Below are positions 38,510 to 48,857 of a stretch of 64,000 nt of DNA, piece after piece (position 1 is the stretch's first letter; each line of letters opens with the position of its first letter). The DNA comes from an uncultured delta proteobacterium. Its GTDB lineage: Bacteria > Desulfobacterota > Zymogenia > Zymogenales > Zymogenaceae. The stretch lies in the NCBI GenBank assembly GCA_963792965.1, contig CAWBYW010000007.1, forward strand, positions 608,001 to 672,000, read 5' to 3'. Both the position numbers and the translations under genes were made by a program. The notes under the pieces were generated by a model. That model was not told the origin of the DNA and did not search any database. It saw nothing but the letters and a program-made list of their open reading frames with translations.

Positions 38510-40270
38510 ATGAAAAAGAGGATTGTCTTTCTGATCGCCCTTACCGGTATCCTGATCACGGCCTTCGCGGCCGTGGCGGCGGCCGGCGAGGTCATCTACG
38601 TCTCTGAGCCTTCCGTCTTCGATACGCCCAAGATGTTCCCGCGGGCCGACGCATCGTTGTGGAACATGGACTATCGGTGCAACCCCGCCCTGTTGAAGCT
38701 CGACTGTCCCTACGGGCTCATCTTCGATACCTACTATGAGGGCAGTTTCTACAAGATGGACAACAAGGATTACGGCAACTCATTATTGCTGCCCGGCTCT
38801 TTCGTAAGAGGCTCCCTCACCAGCGAGTACGTGACGGACGTTGTCGGCGGAGACGCCGGTTTTGCCGTGAAGCTGAACGACCGGTCGAACCTCGCCTTCA
38901 TCTTCAACTACCGGTACGGCAATCTGCTGGGCGACGGCGACTTCACGAATGCCTTTGATGACGGTACCGGACTTGCCGGAAGAATCGACGGCTCGTTCGT
39001 GCAGAGGCTCGATTCCCACACCTTCTCACCGTCGGTGCTGTTTGACTTTAAGGTGAACGACGCCCTCACCCTGGGCGCCGCCTTGAAGTACGCCTATATC
39101 AGCGAGCGTTTCCAGGACGACATAACGGGAGCCGGTTCATGGACCGCGCTACCCGAGCATCTCCTCATCGATAAGGACCTGTGGCTGAAGTACCACTACC
39201 TTTCACCCGAGGTCGGCGTCTCGTTCGTGCCGTCCGACCGGTTCACCCTGAACGCCTCTCTCGCCGCGGGGTTCTACTTCGGGAGGGTCGATAAGGACGC
39301 GAGCATGCACGATGATGCCCTTATAGGAGCCGATAATACGTACACCGAGGATCTCGATTCTTCCGGCGTATCCGGGTGGGACATCGCCGCAAAGGTGCGG
39401 CCTCAGTTCAAGGTGAACGATAAGGTCTCGATCCCGCTGGTCCTCGACTTCTGGTACAAGGACTTCAAATGGGCCGTCGACGGCCCCTCCTCCGGTTATT
39501 TCGCGGCCATGAGCTACGGCGGCCCCTTCCAGGGCCCGGGGACCATCGACTATCATAACGACGCGACCACCTGGGATATTACCGCCGGCGCGGGCGTGAA
39601 GTACGACGCCGGGTGGGCGACACTGTCGGGGCTTGCCTCCTATACCCACTGGTCCTTTGACAACAACTACGATCAGGAGAACATGATTTCCAGTCCCGTT
39701 GTTTTCACTGGCTTTAACGGCCTGACGTCATTCAGCCAGGACGATAAGGAGACCCGGGACTTCGTCTCGCTCGGCCTCACCATCGAAAAGGAGTTTTCAC
39801 CCACGTTCTCCGCTGATTTCGGCATGCGCTACGATTTCGGCTGGGGACACCGGCAGTATGACCTCGCCTACACCTCACGGTGGGAGACGAACCCCCTAGC
39901 ACCCCTTACGATCTCAACCGACGGACGGGACACGTACCAGGACCTGACCCTCTCCAACCACTTCACCATCACGCCGATCGAGCACCTGAGCGTCGTCTTC
40001 GGCGGATTTGTGAAGATACCGGTCGACAGCATCGACTATGACCTGAACGGGACGGCCGCCGGTTTGACGACAGCCAACGCAGTTGTTCGCCAATGGGGAT
40101 TTGAAGGTGGCGTCCTACGCGCGGCGTCTGATGATAACGAAAACACCGGTTGGGAATACGGCGGCCTCCTCTCGATCAGCTACGAGTTTGGCTGCCCGAA
40201 GCCGGTTCCGCCGGTCGTTCCAGCCCCGCCCGCTCCTGCTCCTCAGCTGACGCCGATGAGCCAGAAGTAA
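38510..40270 (+). CDS. Outer-membrane beta-barrel protein (possibly FadL/OmpP1-like) with Pro-rich tail
   Basis: Signal peptide; NPA motif near the N-terminus; amphipathic strands ending SISYEF; tail PKPVPPVVPAPPAPAP. Confidence 0.7.
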   Translation: MKKRIVFLIALTGILITAFAAVAAAGEVIYVSEPSVFDTPKMFPRADASLWNMDYRCNPALLKLDCPYGLIFDTYYEGSFYKMDNKDYGNSLLLPGSFVRGSLTSEYVTDVVGGDAGFAVKLNDRSNLAFIFNYRYGNLLGDGDFTNAFDDGTGLAGRIDGSFVQRLDSHTFSPSVLFDFKVNDALTLGAALKYAYISERFQDDITGAGSWTALPEHLLIDKDLWLKYHYLSPEVGVSFVPSDRFTLNASLAAGFYFGRVDKDASMHDDALIGADNTYTEDLDSSGVSGWDIAAKVRPQFKVNDKVSIPLVLDFWYKDFKWAVDGPSSGYFAAMSYGGPFQGPGTIDYHNDATTWDITAGAGVKYDAGWATLSGLASYTHWSFDNNYDQENMISSPVVFTGFNGLTSFSQDDKETRDFVSLGLTIEKEFSPTFSADFGMRYDFGWGHRQYDLAYTSRWETNPLAPLTISTDGRDTYQDLTLSNHFTITPIEHLSVVFGGFVKIPVDSIDYDLNGTAAGLTTANAVVRQWGFEGGVLRAASDDNENTGWEYGGLLSISYEFGCPKPVPPVVPAPPAPAPQLTPMSQK

Positions 40271-40298
40271 AGCGGTATTTAAACAACTCACCTACCGG

Positions 40299-40330
40299 GA
40301 GGGGCGGCCGAAAGCCGCCCCTTCTTCTTC
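40299..40330 (+). terminator. Intrinsic terminator
   Basis: GGGGCGGC-CGAAA-GCCGCCCC followed by TTCTT. Confidence 0.65.
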
Positions 40331-40482
40331 ATCCCTATCCCACGAGAATGAATACCGTCTCGATGAGGCGGTTATATTCTTTTCTTGCCCCTTTCGGGAC
40401 GTCCTGAGAATCAAGGAGTGACACGCGACGTGGGTGTTTCTTATCGGGAGGAAGAATCCAAGAGCAACGGGTCCTTATGGGT

Positions 40483-40510
40483 AGCGAAGGGGGGCGTCCC
40501 CCCCTTCGCT
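40483..40510 (-). terminator. Hairpin just after the TPP-enzyme stop codon
   Basis: AGCGAAGGGGGG-CGTC-CCCCCCTTCGCT perfect 12-bp stem. Confidence 0.55.
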
Positions 40511-40520
40511 CTTCCTGTGC

Positions 40521-42177
40521 CTACACGTTTAGTCCCGCGACAAAGAGATGAGTGGCGGGGCTGGTCACCGTCGGGTCGGTAATGACGTTGACCACGGCGA
40601 CTTTCCCCGAATCCTTTGCCCGCTTGAGGGCCGGGATGATCTCCTTGGGCTCGGTCACGTACTCCGCGTGTGCGCCGAATCCCTGTGCCATCAGGTCATA
40701 GCGCACCGGGCCCAGGTTCGTCCCCACGACCCGCCCGTACTGGAGCTCCTGCCCGTGTTTGACCATCCCCCAGGCCTGGTCGTTGGCAACCACGATAATC
40801 ACGGGGATGTTGTGGCGGATGGCCGTCTCCACCTCCATGCCGTTGAGGCCGAATGACCCGTCACCCGTGATCACTACCGAATGATATTTCGGATGGGCGA
40901 GCTTGCCCGCGATGCCGAAGGGGATGCCGCTGCCGAGGCAGCCCATCAGGTTTCCGCCGTTGGAGAGGAACCTCCCCGGCCCACCCGCCCTGAGGTGCAT
41001 CTGGGAAAAATAGGTGATGTCGCCACCGTCGGTGGAGTAGACGGCGTCGTTGCCGAAGACCTTATAGACGTCCGAGACAAGCCTTACCGGATGGATCGGC
41101 GGCTCGTCCGGATCCTTTTTCTTGTTTTCGTCGGCCATGAGGGCCACCGAGGATTCCTGGATCTGCTTGGTCCATGCCGAGTGATCACATTTCCCGATCT
41201 TGTCGGCGATACCCTCGAGCACCAGACCTGCGTCCCCGACGATCCCGACCTCATGGGGGAGGTTCTTGCCCACCTCACTACCCGCGATGTCGACCCGGAT
41301 GATCTTCGCTGTGGGAAATATCTTGCCGTACATCGTCAGCCACGTCATCCGAAGGCCCAAGACCAGCGCCACGTCGCACTGGGCCGCAGCTACCGTCAGC
41401 CCCATTAACCCGCCGTTCCAGAGCGAGAGCGGGTGGTTGTCCGGCACCATCCCCCTCCCCTCGTTGAGGAGGATAAAGGGGATGTTCGTCTTTTCGAGGA
41501 GTTTTTTCAGCGCGCCGCCTCCCATGGCCCAGCGGAGTCCCCCACCGCCGACGATGATCGGTCGGGAGGCTTTGCACAGCAGCTCCGCCGCCTTCTCGAT
41601 CGCCCTCGGGTCACCCGCGGGCTTATATTCGGTCCGGCTCCCCGAGGGAAAGACGACGGTGTCGCTGTTTACCTTGTTGCCGAGGATATCCACCGGGATC
41701 TCGAGATAGACCGGTCCCGGCCGGTCGGAAAGCGCGTAGCGAAACGCGGTGGCGATATACTCGGGTATGCGGTGCGTGTCGTTGACGATAAACGTCGCCT
41801 TCGTGATGGGGCGCATGAGCGCCGCCTGGTCGATATCCTGCAGCGCCCCGAGGTCATTTTCCTTTCTCGGGCTGCGTCCGGAGATGACAAGCATCGGGAT
41901 GTGCGACGCCATCGCGTCCACCACCCCGGTGATCGGCGTTGGTAAGCCCCGGGCCCGCGGTGACCAGGCATACCCCGAGCTTGCCGGTTGCCATCGACCA
42001 GCCATAGGCCATCATGGCGGCCGCCTGCTCATGGCGCACGTCGATGACGGAAATCTTGCTCTCCGCGCAGGCGTCAAGGATCTTGTCTATGTGTCCGCCT
42101 GAAAGGGTAAAGAGATGGGTGACGCCCTCTTTCTCGAGCGCCTGTACCACCAGCTGACCGCCGTGAACTTCCGCCAT
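40521..42177 (-). CDS. TPP-dependent enzyme (ALS-like / 2-hydroxyacyl-CoA lyase-like), frameshifted near 41934
   Basis: LSGGHI, RHEQAA, TAGPGLTNA then ITG in the next frame, GDGSFG..ND.AWG. Confidence 0.85.
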
Positions 42178-42365
42178 GGTTGGTCCTCCTCTCAATGGGT
42201 AATGCGTATCCTATACCACGAATCGGGACGCCGGTCAAGGGAATGCGAAGCACGATGCGTGAGACAACACATGGTAACTTACTACTTGACTTTTCGAAAA
42301 AAAGGTATAGAAAATACAGTATTTAGAGATGTTGAGAATTCCCTCCTGAACAAGAAAGCACGAAA

Positions 42366-43908
42366 ATGAAGAAGAAGTCGCCGCGCGTCGTTCTTTTACT
42401 CCATTCTGATTCTTTCACTATTGATATTCCTCTTTCCTTTGCCGTCTTATGGCGGCAGCGCGTACCTGCCCATCAGCGACCGGTATGTCTATCTGTCGGA
42501 ATCCCGCCAGACCGTCATAGCCGCATGGAACGGGACTGAGGAGGTCCTCATCCTCACGGCCGAGCCCGCGTCGTCGCGGGAGACAAAGGTCATCCGGTTC
42601 ATTCCCTTCCCCACAAAGCCGACCGTCGAGGATGTGCCTTCCGCGATCCTTGATCGGATCCAAAAATTAATCGCAAGAAATGCCCCCAAGATCGGCGTCT
42701 TTGTCGACGGCAGGAGGACGAACAAGAGCGCCGTGATCGGGATAGATCTGATGATCGAGACCAAGCTCGGACCTCATAATATCGCCGTCGTCAAAATCGA
42801 GAGCACGGAGGCGTTCGATCAGTGGATTACCGACTACCTCAAAAAGCAGGGGATCAAGGACCCGGCCCCGGATACCGGTAGGTACAAGGCCGTCGTCAAT
42901 GATTACCTGGCCCGAAACATCAAATACTTCGTCTTCGACGTCGTGACGGTGCCGGAAAAACCAACGGCGATAAATCCCCTCGCGTTCACCTTCGAGACGG
43001 ACTCATTGTTTGTCCCGTTCGTGATTTCATCGAGGAACTCGGGGAGTCCCCAGGTCGATCTCTTCCTGGTTACCCCCGGTGCGCCTAAGAAGTGGGTGAT
43101 CCCCTCCGCGTTTTCGCCGGTCACGTACAAATTCCCCGAGGGAATCGATTTCTCGAAAAATCCCGGGATAGTCGAGAAGTATAACCTCATGACCTTTTCG
43201 CCCGACCACCCGGTCGCCTTTCCGATGAGCCTGCTTGATCGCGTCTTTCTCTCCCCACTCATCGCCCGCGTCATCCCGGGGTGGAAGACGAAGGCCTACT
43301 TCACCGCCCTCAGGTACAAGGGATCCCTCTCATATCTTGGGTCCGATATCATGCTTACCGCGGCCGATCTCCAGTCCCCGGATTTTGACGCGGTCAAGAA
43401 GGCTGTCTCCGACGCAGATGAATTTCGGGAGAGAGTCCCGGAGGATATCTTCGATATGGTCGCCGGTCCGTCGGCCGTTCCGTTTGTGACCGGTGGAACC
43501 GATGCGTATACGTCGCGGGCGGCCGTCGACGGCGACCCATCTACTCCCTACATCCTCCCCCTCAAGGGCGAGTGGACCATCGACCTTTCGGACCGTCGAA
43601 GGATCGAGGGGATTGAGATCATCGCCGCCGTGACGAAGCCCGACATCGTGCCGTCAAAAAACAAACTCTATCTCTACGCTTCCGATACAGGGGAATTTAA
43701 GGGAGAAGAGCGGCGGGTGGATACCTGTGTGGTGCGCAGCTCCACGTCCACGAGGGATGTGGACGACCCGTCCCGTCGGGCGGAAAAAGTAGTGCTCACG
43801 GACAGGACCTTTTCCGCCCGATGGCTGAAGATCAAATACTCCTATTCGGAGTCGATCAGCAATCTCTATCTCTTCGAGGTGATGATCTGGGGCGATAAGG
43901 AAAGATAG
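42366..43908 (+). CDS. Secreted DUF2330-like protein with C-terminal discoidin/F5/8-like domain; probable frameshift in the signal peptide
   Basis: QTVIAAWNGTEEVLIL, FIPFP.KP; AVDGDPST, WTIDL, ARWLKI, LFEVMIWG; ATG 42366 (MKKKS) is one base out of frame with ORF 42421. Confidence 0.6.
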
Positions 43909-44054
43909 TCGGTCCCGGGCGTTCACCCTCGTACACGCGCACGATTCCCCACCCTGTATGACCAAAAGTCTCACCCTCAACCCCCACGGATCTCCCCTCA
44001 AAGCACGAAGGATGCGGGACTGATATCGGTCTTATCTCCGCCGTGTCGGCGTGC

Positions 44055-44729
44055 TCACGCCCCCGGCGGCGCACCCGCCCCGCGGTCACGTTTCCTTTCC
44101 GGCCGGCACGCCCCCGATCGCACCTGTCTGACGATATCCCCGATCTCTGCGACCTCTTCGTTAAACTCCGTGAAGGCTTTCCCCACGCCCCAGGGGAAGT
44201 GTGCGTCGCTCCCGCCGACCTCCGGGACGCCGTAAGGGTTATAGAAGACGCCCCTTGACCCGTTGAACCGCTCGATTGCGTGGGGCCGCGCCTTCGGATA
44301 GGTGTGCGGGTGGGCAAGGACAACAAGCGCCCCCGTGCGTTCGGCGGCCCCGATCACCTCGTCGACCTCAAAGTCCATCCGGCCCAGCCCGCCGGGGAGC
44401 GTGTCGATAAAGATTGAGATATCCGGCGGATAGACCAGGAGGTCGCCCTCACGGGTGGTGACCTCCATGCCGAGGAGCATGATAAGCCCGCGATCCCGAA
44501 AGGCCGCTGCGAGATTGTCGTAGGCATCCGGCGCGAGCGCGTTCTCCGCCCAGCCGAAGTTATGGTCGGTGACGACCACGCCGTCAAGCCCCTCGATCTC
44601 GGCGTAGCGCGGGATATCCAGCGGGTCGTAAAAGGCGCACGGGGAGCCGATCCGCGTGTGGACGTGGAGGTCAATACGGGAGCCTTGAGCGGCCCGATCA
44701 ACTTTCTTCTCCGTTTTATCTTTTTTCAC
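44055..44729 (-). CDS. PHP domain phosphoesterase
   Basis: DLHVHT, TDHN, GMEV, AHP, GGSDAH. Confidence 0.87.
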   Translation of the reverse strand: MKKDKTEKKVDRAAQGSRIDLHVHTRIGSPCAFYDPLDIPRYAEIEGLDGVVVTDHNFGWAENALAPDAYDNLAAAFRDRGLIMLLGMEVTTREGDLLVYPPDISIFIDTLPGGLGRMDFEVDEVIGAAERTGALVVLAHPHTYPKARPHAIERFNGSRGVFYNPYGVPEVGGSDAHFPWGVGKAFTEFNEEVAEIGDIVRQVRSGACRPERKRDRGAGAPPGA

Positions 44730-44751
44730 GGTCCAAAGCCATGAGTTTCAT

Positions 44752-45570
44752 CTATCCAACGGGCGCGTAAGATACCTCCCTGGTTATCACGATACCCAGC
44801 TCACGGTGTCTTCGAAGGAGCGACACCGGAAAACGGGGCGAGATGTCGCCGAACAAAAAGAGCCTGACCGCCGCCCGCTGCCAGGGATGGTTCATGAAGA
44901 CGACGATCCGCCGGGCCGAGAGGATCTCGGCCATCCCGACGGTAACGGCCCGTTTCGGGATATAGTCGATGGCCCCACCCGCCTCCGTGACCGCGTTGAT
45001 CGTCCTGGTCTCGGGCCTGAGCGAGACGATCCGGGTGGTCAACTGAGAGAATTCTTCCGTGCTCATGCCCGGCTCCGGCTCGTTAAAGGCGACGTGCCCA
45101 TCGATCCCGACGCCGCACAGGGCCACATCGATCCCGCCTGCCCTCTCGATCCGTCGACCGTAGTCTTCGGGACACCCGGGCTCGGGGAACAACACCCGCG
45201 CCGGGTCAAATCCGCCCGTGCCTCGCAGCGGCTCCGTCAGGTTCTTGGCCACGAAGCCCCTGAACGACAGGGGGTGATCTTCGGGGACGTAGCCGTCGTC
45301 GTCGAGAATATACTCGTCCATGAAGAAGAAGGTCGTCCCCGACAGGTCGATCGGCCCCGCCTTGGCCAGTTTGACGAACTCGGGGTATCCCCCCCGCGGC
45401 CCGACCGGCAGGATCAGGCTTGTCGCCTTCTTATTCCGGTTGTTCTTCCGTATCTCATCTGCCATCTCGAGCGCAAAACGCCGGGAGAGCGCCGCATCGT
45501 TGGGCACGATCTCAACCGGTATACCACCCGCACGCGACAGCGCCTCCGGGGCGACGGAGAGGATCTCCAT
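44752..45570 (-). CDS. Glucosamine-6-phosphate deaminase/isomerase-like (NagB fold)
   Basis: FMDEY, HPLSF, GGID, GVGIDGHVAFNEP, AVTVGM. Confidence 0.85.
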   Translation of the reverse strand: MEILSVAPEALSRAGGIPVEIVPNDAALSRRFALEMADEIRKNNRNKKATSLILPVGPRGGYPEFVKLAKAGPIDLSGTTFFFMDEYILDDDGYVPEDHPLSFRGFVAKNLTEPLRGTGGFDPARVLFPEPGCPEDYGRRIERAGGIDVALCGVGIDGHVAFNEPEPGMSTEEFSQLTTRIVSLRPETRTINAVTEAGGAIDYIPKRAVTVGMAEILSARRIVVFMNHPWQRAAVRLFLFGDISPRFPVSLLRRHRELGIVITREVSYAPVG

Positions 45571-45597
45571 GAGCCGGCTCTTCTTGTGTGGCGGCGG

Positions 45598-46452
45598 TCA
45601 TTTCGGTGTCACGGCCGTCGGGTTTCTCGTGGCCTTATCCAACAGCGCGCGTGCCCCCTCATACTCCCGTCGGGCCCCCCAGGGTGAGTTCATCCCATAG
45701 AGCGCGCCGGAGAGCACCAGATGCAACAGTACGGAGTCCGGCCGGCGCTTGATCTCCTTATCCAATAGCTGCCCTTCCTCCATGAAGAGCCCCGACCCCT
45801 CCAGTGTGAGGGCGATCAGCGCGGCCTCCTCCTCGGACCCCGACATCCCCCGCTCCCGGCACCATTCCCTCACGGCATCGAGGTCCTCCGTGACCCTTTT
45901 GCCTGCCTCGTCGGAAAGGAGCGTGAACTTCGGCCGCAGCTGGGGGCGTGAGGAGAGGTGCAGGCCGCATCGCTCGACGCACAGCGAGACGTCCCACGAA
46001 TATTCGATGTCGGGAAGAAACGCGGCCTCCGACTCGGAAACGGTCGCCCGGTGCGCCGATCCCATTTCGCGTTTTATTACTTCGTTGTCGCCACGATAGA
46101 TGTGGAGGATATAGTCCCTCCCCCTCTCGGCGAGGTTCCAGCGAAACGTCCGGTCCCACGCTTCCGGGCGGATCTTCGTGTTTCGGGGCGAGAGCAGGAA
46201 TATCTCATCGCTGTTCTTGCCCTCCTCCTTGGCCGCGAAGACAGGCGGATACGCGATCTTCTGCTCGATCCGTTCCCTGAGAGACGCAAACGGCTCGCCC
46301 TTCGTATCGGCGACTTTCACAAGGAGCCCGCGCCAAACCGGGGACGACCACGGCTCCGGGCTACCCGGCGCCGGGCGGGGGAAGAGCGCGCAAGAGACCA
46401 CGAATAATTGAACCAGCATCACTACGGCACATCGCGCTGCGGCACGTCTCAT
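45598..46452 (-). CDS. Hypothetical lipoprotein
   Basis: Signal peptide with lipobox-like VVSC; beta-rich middle; helical TPR-like end. Confidence 0.55.
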   Translation of the reverse strand: MRRAAARCAVVMLVQLFVVSCALFPRPAPGSPEPWSSPVWRGLLVKVADTKGEPFASLRERIEQKIAYPPVFAAKEEGKNSDEIFLLSPRNTKIRPEAWDRTFRWNLAERGRDYILHIYRGDNEVIKREMGSAHRATVSESEAAFLPDIEYSWDVSLCVERCGLHLSSRPQLRPKFTLLSDEAGKRVTEDLDAVREWCRERGMSGSEEEAALIALTLEGSGLFMEEGQLLDKEIKRRPDSVLLHLVLSGALYGMNSPWGARREYEGARALLDKATRNPTAVTPK

Positions 46453-46823
46453 AAGACTTCCCTTCCAGGTGTTTTTCCCGAAGCCGAGACAACGGGGGAC
46501 GCCTCGGGTTCCGTGTCGGGCCCCGCTTCCTTACTATTTACTATACCTCAACTTCTATTGGCGGACAACCTTTTACCTTGAAAAACAGATTCGAATCGGT
46601 TTGCTGCCCCGCTCATCCGGTCTTCTTCACAATGCCGGCGATGCTCTCTCTTGTCGCCAACCCGGAACGTGGCAACGCCGGGCCTCAAGAGCATAGCGTC
46701 GGGGACGGCGGTCTTTGTTATCTATGTGCCCGGAGGAGCCCGGCCGGGTGGGATTATCTCCGGCGGCCCCGGGAAAACGGCTATCCCTCCCGGTCCGAAA
46801 ATAGGCCTCCGTCACGAAAAGTG

Positions 46824-46880
46824 TTGACAAGCCCTGCTGACTCTGCTATATAGGCATAAAGCTTAAAGTTATACTTTAAG
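46824..46880 (+). promoter_or_regulatory. Sigma70 promoter plus perfect palindromic operator
   Basis: TTGACA(46824)-17 nt-TATATA(46847) with TG extension; CTTAAAGT-TAT-ACTTTAAG at 46862-46880. Confidence 0.7.
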
Positions 46881-46965
46881 TTGCTCATATGCAGGCAGCT
46901 CAGAATCGAAAACCGATAGCCGATCGTACAGTCGGCACCGTACCCATACAGAACAGGAGGACCTC

Positions 46966-47955
46966 ATGTTCAAGACCAGGATCACCGAGATGTTCGGCGT
47001 CAAGTATCCTATCATCTGCGGCGCCATGATGTGGCTGTGTACCCCCAAGCTTTGCGCCGCTATCTCCAAGGCCGGCGGCATCGGAAACATCACCGCGGGC
47101 AACTACAACACCGAAGACGAATTCAGAAATGCCATTAAGGAGACAAGGAAGCTCACCGATAAGCCCTTTACCGTCGGCATCACGATCCTTCCTTCCGTGC
47201 GCATCTCTCCGGAACACCATAAAATGTACGTCAAGGTCTGCGCCGAAGAGCACGTAGCGGCCGTCGAGATCTCAGGCGCGCCGCTCGATCGCGGCATCGG
47301 CCCGGATGCCATCGAGACGCTCAAGAAGGCGAACGTGAAGATCTTCCACAAGGTCGGCTCGGTCCGGCACGCCGTACACGCCGAAAAGGTCGGTTACGAC
47401 GGCATCTATGCCGCCGGCATCGAGGAGGGCGGCCATCCCCTCAATGACGACGTCACCACCATGATCCTCACCCCGCGGATCGTCGACTCGGTGAAGATCC
47501 CCGTGGTCACCGTGGGCGGCATCAGCGACGGTCGGTCGGTCGCCGCGGCGCTGACGCTCGGCGCCGAGGGCGTCATGATGGCCAGCCGCTTCATCGCCAC
47601 CAAAGAGTGCGTCTGCCACGAGAACATCAAGAAGGAGCTGATCAAGCGGCAGGAGTTTGAGACCACGCTCTTCGGAAAAAGCATCGGGCTGCAGGGCCGT
47701 GGCCTGAAAAATAAGAACATCACGGATATCCTGGCTATCGAGGCGCGCGGTGGCGGCCTCGAGGAGCTCATCCCCCTCATGGGAGGTGAGCGTATAAAGA
47801 ACTCGTGGGACAACGGCGACGTCGACTACGCCCCCCTCATGGTGGGCCAGTCCATCGGCCTCATCAACGACATCCCGACCGTGCAGGAGCTGCTTGACCG
47901 GATGGCGAAAGGGGCGGTAGAGCAGCTCCAGAAAACGCAGAAGAAGGTAAGCTGA
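46966..47955 (+). CDS. Nitronate monooxygenase / FabK-like flavoprotein
   Basis: YPIICGAM, AGGIG, EEGGH, GGISDGR, GAEGVMMASRF. Confidence 0.9.
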   Translation: MFKTRITEMFGVKYPIICGAMMWLCTPKLCAAISKAGGIGNITAGNYNTEDEFRNAIKETRKLTDKPFTVGITILPSVRISPEHHKMYVKVCAEEHVAAVEISGAPLDRGIGPDAIETLKKANVKIFHKVGSVRHAVHAEKVGYDGIYAAGIEEGGHPLNDDVTTMILTPRIVDSVKIPVVTVGGISDGRSVAAALTLGAEGVMMASRFIATKECVCHENIKKELIKRQEFETTLFGKSIGLQGRGLKNKNITDILAIEARGGGLEELIPLMGGERIKNSWDNGDVDYAPLMVGQSIGLINDIPTVQELLDRMAKGAVEQLQKTQKKVS

Positions 47956-48011
47956 GGTTTCACGGCGGCTCCCCCGATGACCCGTCGTTGGGCCGTAGCA
48001 AGGAGAACACG

Positions 48012-48821
48012 ATGTCCGAAAAAATGGTCCTCGGAGAAAAGAAAGGAAACATTTTCTATCTGACCCTCAACCGGCCGGACAAGAGGAACGCCATCTCCTT
48101 CGACATGCTCCAGACGATGTCCGAGATGCTCGATGACCTGGTGGTCGATCCCGATATCCGGGCGATCATCGTCAAGGGCGAGGGGAAGGTCTTCTCGGCC
48201 GGGGTCGATTTCAATTCGCTCGGGATGCTGGTCAGTCGCTTCATGCCCGATTCCGCGGCCGGCGGCGGCCCGATCCGGGCCGATATCCACAAGTACCAGC
48301 AATTCATGAACCGATTCGAGACCGTCGAGATCCCCATCATCTGCGCCATCCACAACCGCATCTACGGGATGGGCGTGGAGTTCACGCTCGCCTGCGATAT
48401 CCGGCTCATGAGCGACGACTGCCTGTGGGGGATGCAGGAGCTCAAATTCGGCGTCATCCCCGACCTCGGCGGCACGGCCCGCCTCGCGCGCATCGTCGGC
48501 CAGTCCCGCGCGATGGAGATCCTCATGACGGGCCGCATGTATACGGCGCAGCAGGCGCTCGACTGGGGGCTGGTCAACTACATCTACCCGCCCGACCAGC
48601 TGCTCGCCGAGGCGGAGAAGCTCGCGCAGGATATCACGAAAAACGCCCCCCTGGCCGTCGGTGCCGCCAAGAAGGTCATCAAGCGGGGAGAGGGAGTCGA
48701 CCTGATGACTCATCTGGACATGGAGGTAAATCTCCAGAGCATCCTTCTGCGCAGCGACGACTTCAAGGAGGGCGTGCAGGCCCTCATGGAGAAACGGGAC
48801 CCCCAATGGAAAAGGAAATAG
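48012..48821 (+). CDS. Enoyl-CoA hydratase/isomerase
   Basis: NRPDKRNA, FSAGVD, GMGVE..LACD, QELKFGVIP. Confidence 0.92.
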   Translation: MSEKMVLGEKKGNIFYLTLNRPDKRNAISFDMLQTMSEMLDDLVVDPDIRAIIVKGEGKVFSAGVDFNSLGMLVSRFMPDSAAGGGPIRADIHKYQQFMNRFETVEIPIICAIHNRIYGMGVEFTLACDIRLMSDDCLWGMQELKFGVIPDLGGTARLARIVGQSRAMEILMTGRMYTAQQALDWGLVNYIYPPDQLLAEAEKLAQDITKNAPLAVGAAKKVIKRGEGVDLMTHLDMEVNLQSILLRSDDFKEGVQALMEKRDPQWKRK

Positions 48822-48857
48822 CGTTACATCATACACACTCTATACCGAGGATGAGAA

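Noticed and set aside
46453-46820. Possible ncRNA or riboswitch in the divergent intergenic region
   Set aside because: Only generic GC hairpins; no recognisable conserved motif
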